Virus record (IMG/VR): IMGVR_UViG_2786546901_000002
Length of the DNA stretch: 64,000 nt
Source: an uncultured virus (IMG/VR IMGVR_UViG_2786546901_000002)
Taxonomy: Duplodnaviria > Heunggongvirae > Uroviricota > Caudoviricetes
Strand: one strand, 5' to 3'
In this document: positions 59,059 through 64,000 of the stretch, piece by piece
Layout of the letters: each line of letters opens with the position of its first letter
Position numbering within the stretch: the stretch's first letter is position 1
Notes under the pieces: model-generated
The model's database searches: none
Told to the model about the DNA's origin: nothing
The model's input: only the letters and a program-made list of their open reading frames with translations
Made by a program: the position numbers and the translations under genes

Positions 59059-60949
59059 CATCGTATCGGCCATAGAATGGCTGCCGGAACACCTGTTCAC
59101 GGAAGAGATCGTGGAAGCAGCCGTCGAAAGCAAGGAAATAGAGGTGCTGAGCCATATTCCGGGACGTTTCCTCACACCCGGACGTATAGAACGAATCATC
59201 GCGGGCAGCACGGAGAGCTGGCACAGCTTCGAGCTGCGCAATATTCCGGAGGCGTACCGTTCGGGAGCAGTCTGTGACTACGCCATGCGCAAAAAACCGA
59301 AGAATATCACGGCCGTTCCCGAAGCAATGGTTACCCGAGAAATGGCAGAAGCGGTCATCCGAAACGGACGCGGGGATTTCGACATTCTCGCCTTCATACC
59401 TGAACGCCTTTGGGATGCGCAACTGGCATACCTGGCCTTGCGCAGCTATATTTACGACCCGTATTACACGGACAGCAGGACAGACGCCGTCATGAAAACG
59501 GGGCTTATCCTCGGATATGTCCCCGTTGAGGTAAAGACTCAAGAGTTCTATTACGGGATGCTCGACGGGATGAAAATATTGAGCACGGTTACCGATGCCG
59601 TCGTGCCGTCCCGTTTCAAGACTGCGGCATACTACCGCAAGATGGCGGAACATGACCTCTCGCTTGTTCCCGCCCGGTTCTATTCCTATGAGATTCTCCA
59701 TGCGGCTGTCTGTTCGACCGAAGGAAAAAACTTCATCACAGACCCCCAGTTTTTCAAGCCGTTGTCGGTATATCTGGACGACATGCTGGCGGACCGGCTG
59801 ATGGAGAAACACCCTTACATGTTCGGGGAGTTGCCGAAGCGGTTCAAGACACCGGAAAGACTGGTCATTGCCATCGATAACAGCAAACGGGAGACGAACT
59901 GCTATATCGACGAGGAAACTGAACAATCCCTGCTCACGGTGGAAGTGTGCAAGGCATTCATCCGAAGAAACGGCAACTGTCCCGAATTTCCTGAAAATGT
60001 ATGGACGCGGGAATTTGTCGACTACTGCATGGAGCACGGGACGAGTTTCCGCTGGTTCCGCCAGATGCCCAAAAAGTTCCAGAGCTCCGCGAACACGCAG
60101 GCGGCGTATGATTACGGTCATTACCATATCTGTGACTTTGCCAAACGGTTCATCACTCCGCAAATGGCGAAGGAGTGCTACCAGGAGCGCAGTTATGCAC
60201 ATGCCATCCCCGGACATTTCCTCACGGAGTTCTGCCGACAGACCGGACTGCCCGAGAAGTTCTACGGCGGGGAAACCACGATGCTGTCGCTGAAAAACAG
60301 CCGTGACGACTATACTTACTGCAAAGTCGGCAATACCTGTCTGGCCTTTTACCTGAAAGAACAATACGAGCCGTCCTCGGCACATCTGATGATGACGCGG
60401 TCGGATTCAAAATACTGCACGCCGGAGAAGGTGTTCGACGTGCCTGTCGGAACCTTCCACCGCACGTGGCTGGAAAAGATCGTGGCGGAAAACGACCCCC
60501 GCTTTGTCAAACCCCGTGTGGACAAAGCGTTGAAAGCCGTACAGGCGGTCTGCTATTACGGTGTCGAGAAGTTGAAGGACCTGAACCGTACGGAAATCTT
60601 CCGCAACACCTTCATGGGTGAGACCATCGGTTACTGCGCCCGCCGCAGGGACCTGACCTACCACAGCGACAACTGCGGGACCCTTATCGAGGGCTTGAAG
60701 TTCAAGATCCGGGGAATGGCTGTCCCCGTAACCTTGGCGGAAGACATGACTCCTTATACGGCCGACATGCTGCACCGGAAGTTCGGCTTCTGCTATATCG
60801 GAATGACGGCATTCGCCACGGACTACGGCCTGGACATGGAGAAGGCATACACCTTTGCACAGATGCGCCAGATCGTAAGGGAGAAAGGGCACAAGCCGTC
60901 ATTGAGAAACTACAAACGTGAACTGAAACAAATAAACATCATACAATGA
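59045..60949 (+). CDS. Helical-repeat protein (DUF4116-like repeats)
   Basis: Recurrent (I/V)P...(T/S).E motifs at ~25-aa spacing. Confidence 0.6.
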   Translation: MRHNNIVSAIEWLPEHLFTEEIVEAAVESKEIEVLSHIPGRFLTPGRIERIIAGSTESWHSFELRNIPEAYRSGAVCDYAMRKKPKNITAVPEAMVTREMAEAVIRNGRGDFDILAFIPERLWDAQLAYLALRSYIYDPYYTDSRTDAVMKTGLILGYVPVEVKTQEFYYGMLDGMKILSTVTDAVVPSRFKTAAYYRKMAEHDLSLVPARFYSYEILHAAVCSTEGKNFITDPQFFKPLSVYLDDMLADRLMEKHPYMFGELPKRFKTPERLVIAIDNSKRETNCYIDEETEQSLLTVEVCKAFIRRNGNCPEFPENVWTREFVDYCMEHGTSFRWFRQMPKKFQSSANTQAAYDYGHYHICDFAKRFITPQMAKECYQERSYAHAIPGHFLTEFCRQTGLPEKFYGGETTMLSLKNSRDDYTYCKVGNTCLAFYLKEQYEPSSAHLMMTRSDSKYCTPEKVFDVPVGTFHRTWLEKIVAENDPRFVKPRVDKALKAVQAVCYYGVEKLKDLNRTEIFRNTFMGETIGYCARRRDLTYHSDNCGTLIEGLKFKIRGMAVPVTLAEDMTPYTADMLHRKFGFCYIGMTAFATDYGLDMEKAYTFAQMRQIVREKGHKPSLRNYKRELKQINIIQ

Positions 60950-61818
60950 AAAAATACCGGATAGCTATCGAAGAGACGCTCCGTAAGGTCGTGGAGATCG
61001 AGGCAGAAACGCCCGGTCTGGCCGTCTGCAGGGCGGAAGACGAATACAATGAAGAGAAACACGTGCTGTCAGCCGACAATTTCGCAGGAGCTGACATCGC
61101 GCTCTCGACTGATGACAGCACGGTCATGGAGACTCTGGAAGACGTGGATTTCATCGGATACGTGCAACGCCGTTTCGAGGAATGCCGGGAGTCCATATCC
61201 GTCGAAGACAAAGTCCGGCTGGCATTCGGAAGTTTCGACAACGCCCTGTATGAGTTCGGCGAATACCGTAAGGAGGCGGCTCGGAACCGCCCGCAGGTCT
61301 ACCTGCTGTACCGGAGCGATGCCTGGCACAACCGTTCTTCCATGGAGCTCATAGCCCCGTTCTCCTCCCTCGAAAACATGATGGAGTACCTGCGGCGTAA
61401 GAAGAAGGAATTCCGCCTGACGGAAAGTGATCTGGAAGAGTTCAAGAACAACCGGCAGACGAAGGGGCGCGACGAAAACTACCTGTACGAGTCGGATTAT
61501 TTGGATGTGCTGCCGGAACAGGAACCCGAACTGCCGCCGAAAGATGACGCTTTCTATGACAAGGTTTTCACCTGCGGGCAATCCGAGCTGTCACGCAGGG
61601 AGTTGGAATCTCTGCCGGAGCCGTTCGATACCTACCATGTTACGGACGAAGAAATGGAACAGATTGTGTACGAAACGGAAATGGAGACACGGGACCGGCT
61701 GCGGCTCGGTAAAAGAAAGCCCATAGATTTTGACAATGACCGCCATAGTGAAATCTGGTGGGAAGAAATGGAAAAAGCAGTGGTAAGGCACGGCGTACCG
61801 TACTACGAGGCCGAATAA
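60946..61818 (+). CDS. Protein with an N-terminal DpnD/PcfM-like domain
   Basis: KYRIAIEETLRKVVEIEAE...Y....VLSADNF. Confidence 0.6.
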   Translation: MKKYRIAIEETLRKVVEIEAETPGLAVCRAEDEYNEEKHVLSADNFAGADIALSTDDSTVMETLEDVDFIGYVQRRFEECRESISVEDKVRLAFGSFDNALYEFGEYRKEAARNRPQVYLLYRSDAWHNRSSMELIAPFSSLENMMEYLRRKKKEFRLTESDLEEFKNNRQTKGRDENYLYESDYLDVLPEQEPELPPKDDAFYDKVFTCGQSELSRRELESLPEPFDTYHVTDEEMEQIVYETEMETRDRLRLGKRKPIDFDNDRHSEIWWEEMEKAVVRHGVPYYEAE

Positions 61819-61859
61819 CGAAAATAGAACCTGTTCATCACATGCCATAATGATGACGG

Positions 61860-61894
61860 GCCGTCGCGGCTACGGCTGCGGCGGTCTTTTTTTT
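61860..61894 (+). terminator. Intrinsic terminator
   Basis: GCCGTCGCGGC/GCTGCGGCGGT stem followed by T7. Confidence 0.7.
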
Positions 61895-61958
61895 CAAAAC
61901 GAGGTGAGTATTCCACCCCTTATACAAAACGATTACCTACTCTTAAAAAAACGGATTT

Positions 61959-62630
61959 ATGAAACAGACAAGACAGGATTTCTTCACGGCGAACGGGGAA
62001 GGAATCAAAATCATGACATTTACGGAGTTCGCCCGGCATATCCTGCGTATGGAATGCGGGGAAAGTCTGGAACTGTATGCCGTTGTGAACCGGCAGACAC
62101 GGGAATGCTCCCGGCCGCTCTCTGTCAGAAAGGAACAATGGAACGGTACGCCCTTTTACCTGCTCGGCGGGCACGGGCAGGAAGTCCGTACCATCAATTT
62201 TGCGGGTCGTCCGAAAGAGGAGTTTGAAACGACCTGCCATGATGTCTTGGACAGCTACGATGCCGTGGAAAGTATCGGGGCGGTCGTGTCAAGACTGCGT
62301 GAATTATCTCCTGAAGAACTGCATAAGCGGATTGCGGAAGAGATGAAGACCGGCTGTAAATACCTGTTGGTCTACCGCAGCGAGGAGGAGATGACGGCCG
62401 CACTCGACGGCAAGATATACGCCATCAGCGATACGGACGGCAAATTCCTTTGCGACCTGTATCAGCCGGATTATCTCCATCTGGAAAACGGGGGCGATAT
62501 TGTGGACACCGCATCCATTCCGGACATGCATTTCCATTCCGATTGGGCAATCGCCAACCCCACGGTACGCGACAAGGTGCTCTCCTCCCGGATGGTGATT
62601 ATATATACCCACGAAACGGTAACGCTATGA
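61959..62630 (+). CDS. Hypothetical protein
   Basis: 223-aa ORF. Confidence 0.6.
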   Translation: MKQTRQDFFTANGEGIKIMTFTEFARHILRMECGESLELYAVVNRQTRECSRPLSVRKEQWNGTPFYLLGGHGQEVRTINFAGRPKEEFETTCHDVLDSYDAVESIGAVVSRLRELSPEELHKRIAEEMKTGCKYLLVYRSEEEMTAALDGKIYAISDTDGKFLCDLYQPDYLHLENGGDIVDTASIPDMHFHSDWAIANPTVRDKVLSSRMVIIYTHETVTL

Positions 62631-62977
62631 TAGAGATTGGCAACAGGATAGAAACGCCGGAAGGTGTGTTCTATGAACTGGAATACGGAGGGGAAGGAAA
62701 CATCTACAAGAACGAGGATGCCTTTCTCAACCGCCCCGATGAAGTGTGCTATGTACCTGAATACGCGGCAGAAGACCGTGAGGACTGGCGTGTGTCGGAG
62801 AGCAGTGACGGCTGTTTCACGCATAACTCACTGCTCGCCCTGTGCAAGGGTAATGAAGAGGTGTGCCAGGATCTGTTTTACAGCCTTGAATGGACGTACC
62901 CGACCACCTTGCTGGAAGAATGGGACTCGAACGGCTATTTCGATGAGATCGAGGGCTGGTATGACAGTAACGATTAA
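62627..62977 (+). CDS. Hypothetical acidic protein
   Basis: ATGA-coupled; start MIEIG. Confidence 0.6.
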   Translation: MIEIGNRIETPEGVFYELEYGGEGNIYKNEDAFLNRPDEVCYVPEYAAEDREDWRVSESSDGCFTHNSLLALCKGNEEVCQDLFYSLEWTYPTTLLEEWDSNGYFDEIEGWYDSND

Positions 62978-63298
62978 ATGGAACGGCATATCATGGACAG
63001 GAAATACAAAATCACATACTCGGGAAAAATCACGGGCAAGACCCCGAACTACATATTGAGCCTGCGGGCGCATCTGAAAGGCATCTTCCCTGAAATGGAA
63101 CGGTATGGTAAGGAAGAATTCGACCACGTGCTTCATTGCATCAGCTCGTTCATTGATGATTTTACCTTCAAGGTACGCAATTCCCGATACCGGGGAGACA
63201 TCCTGAAAAGGACTATCAGTAACGACTGCCTGAAAGTGTTCAACCTGGGTGACGAGAAAGTGATACTGACCGTCTCCTTCACCCCGCTGGAAACATGA
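62978..63298 (+). CDS. Hypothetical protein
   Basis: Abuts the previous gene. Confidence 0.55.
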   Translation: MERHIMDRKYKITYSGKITGKTPNYILSLRAHLKGIFPEMERYGKEEFDHVLHCISSFIDDFTFKVRNSRYRGDILKRTISNDCLKVFNLGDEKVILTVSFTPLET

Positions 63299-63308
63299 AA
63301 CCAACAAT

Positions 63309-63737
63309 ATGACAGATATGGATAAAATACAGAAAGACAATGCGGAGCCGGGCAAAGCCCCGGACAAAATGAGCGCCGACAAGCTGCATCTGTTCGCCAC
63401 CCAGTACGCCTTTATCGACGGACGGCTGCACGAGGCCGAGCAAGCCATGCTGAAATTCATGCTGGAGTTCCTGGCACAATATGGCCGCGTATCACTCGGC
63501 CTTACAGAAGAGGAGGAACTCGATGACAACAACTTCCCCGTCACGACAACCTTGTACGGGAAGCACGACACGCCCCGTATCAAGCTTACCGATGTCTACC
63601 TGACGGATGACGGGGAATATCTCCTTGCTGACGGAATAGATGCGGAGACCGGGGAAAAACGGGACGGATTCTATATCTACAGCGAACAATACGCCGATAT
63701 CTTCCAGTTCGTCGGCCACGCTTCGGAGATGAACTGA
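63309..63737 (+). CDS. Hypothetical protein
   Basis: 142-aa ORF. Confidence 0.55.
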   Translation: MTDMDKIQKDNAEPGKAPDKMSADKLHLFATQYAFIDGRLHEAEQAMLKFMLEFLAQYGRVSLGLTEEEELDDNNFPVTTTLYGKHDTPRIKLTDVYLTDDGEYLLADGIDAETGEKRDGFYIYSEQYADIFQFVGHASEMN

Positions 63738-63769
63738 CGAATGAGGAACAACCATAAAACGAAATATCA

Positions 63770-64000
63770 ATGGACTGTATCAAAGATTTACAAGACGCCA
63801 TCCGCAACATTCTCGTGAACAACGGCCTTACGGAACTCTGTCTGGGAGAGCCTGACGAACTGGACGATCCCACCTATATCATCTGGTATGACAGGCACTG
63901 TGAGCCTCACGAAGACCCGGTATTGAAGGTTTACCTTGAAAATGAGGGCATTGCCGTTGAGGTCGAAGCCCGCAGTTTCGGGAACACGATAACCGTCTAC
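63770..64000 (+). CDS. Hypothetical protein, truncated by the window end
   Basis: MDCIKDLQDAIRNILVNNG..., open to the end of the window. Confidence 0.5.
   Translation, partial: MDCIKDLQDAIRNILVNNGLTELCLGEPDELDDPTYIIWYDRHCEPHEDPVLKVYLENEGIAVEVEARSFGNTITVY

Overview
This window is a segment of a large temperate myovirus-like phage or prophage of a Bacteroidales host. The host call rests on Bacteroidetes-type TAnnTTTG promoters. The left arm (1-25.9 kb, minus strand) is a virion module: portal, Mu gpF/gpG-like head proteins, Clp-like protease/scaffold, major capsid, sheath, tube, tail chaperones, tape measure and baseplate/fibre genes. It is interrupted by two plus-strand accessory inserts (a SEFIR/TIR gene; an AbiE-like pair plus a metallophosphoesterase). 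Next come antirepressor-type genes, an RloA/RloB pair and a 1.9-kb noncoding switch region containing a tRNA-like cloverleaf. The right arm (34.6-64 kb, plus strand) is mostly small hypothetical genes, with an IS110/IS1111 element, a DUF932-like gene and a tyrosine recombinase. The main finding is a reverse transcriptase (44683-45945) that lacks DGR, retron and group II intron hallmarks. It is followed by an array of five ~170-nt units that differ in sequence but share one predicted fold: a long hairpin, an ATCRG-N5-TAAAG-N3-YGYGCC motif and crossing (pseudoknot-like) closing stems. Two genes of unknown function and a sixth unit follow. Also notable are a canonical -1 frameshift signal that would fuse the portal to the gpF-like protein, a recurring phage-specific promoter motif, and guide-like segments in the IS110 noncoding end. 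All product calls come from motif recognition and gene order only; no database searches or folding programs were run.
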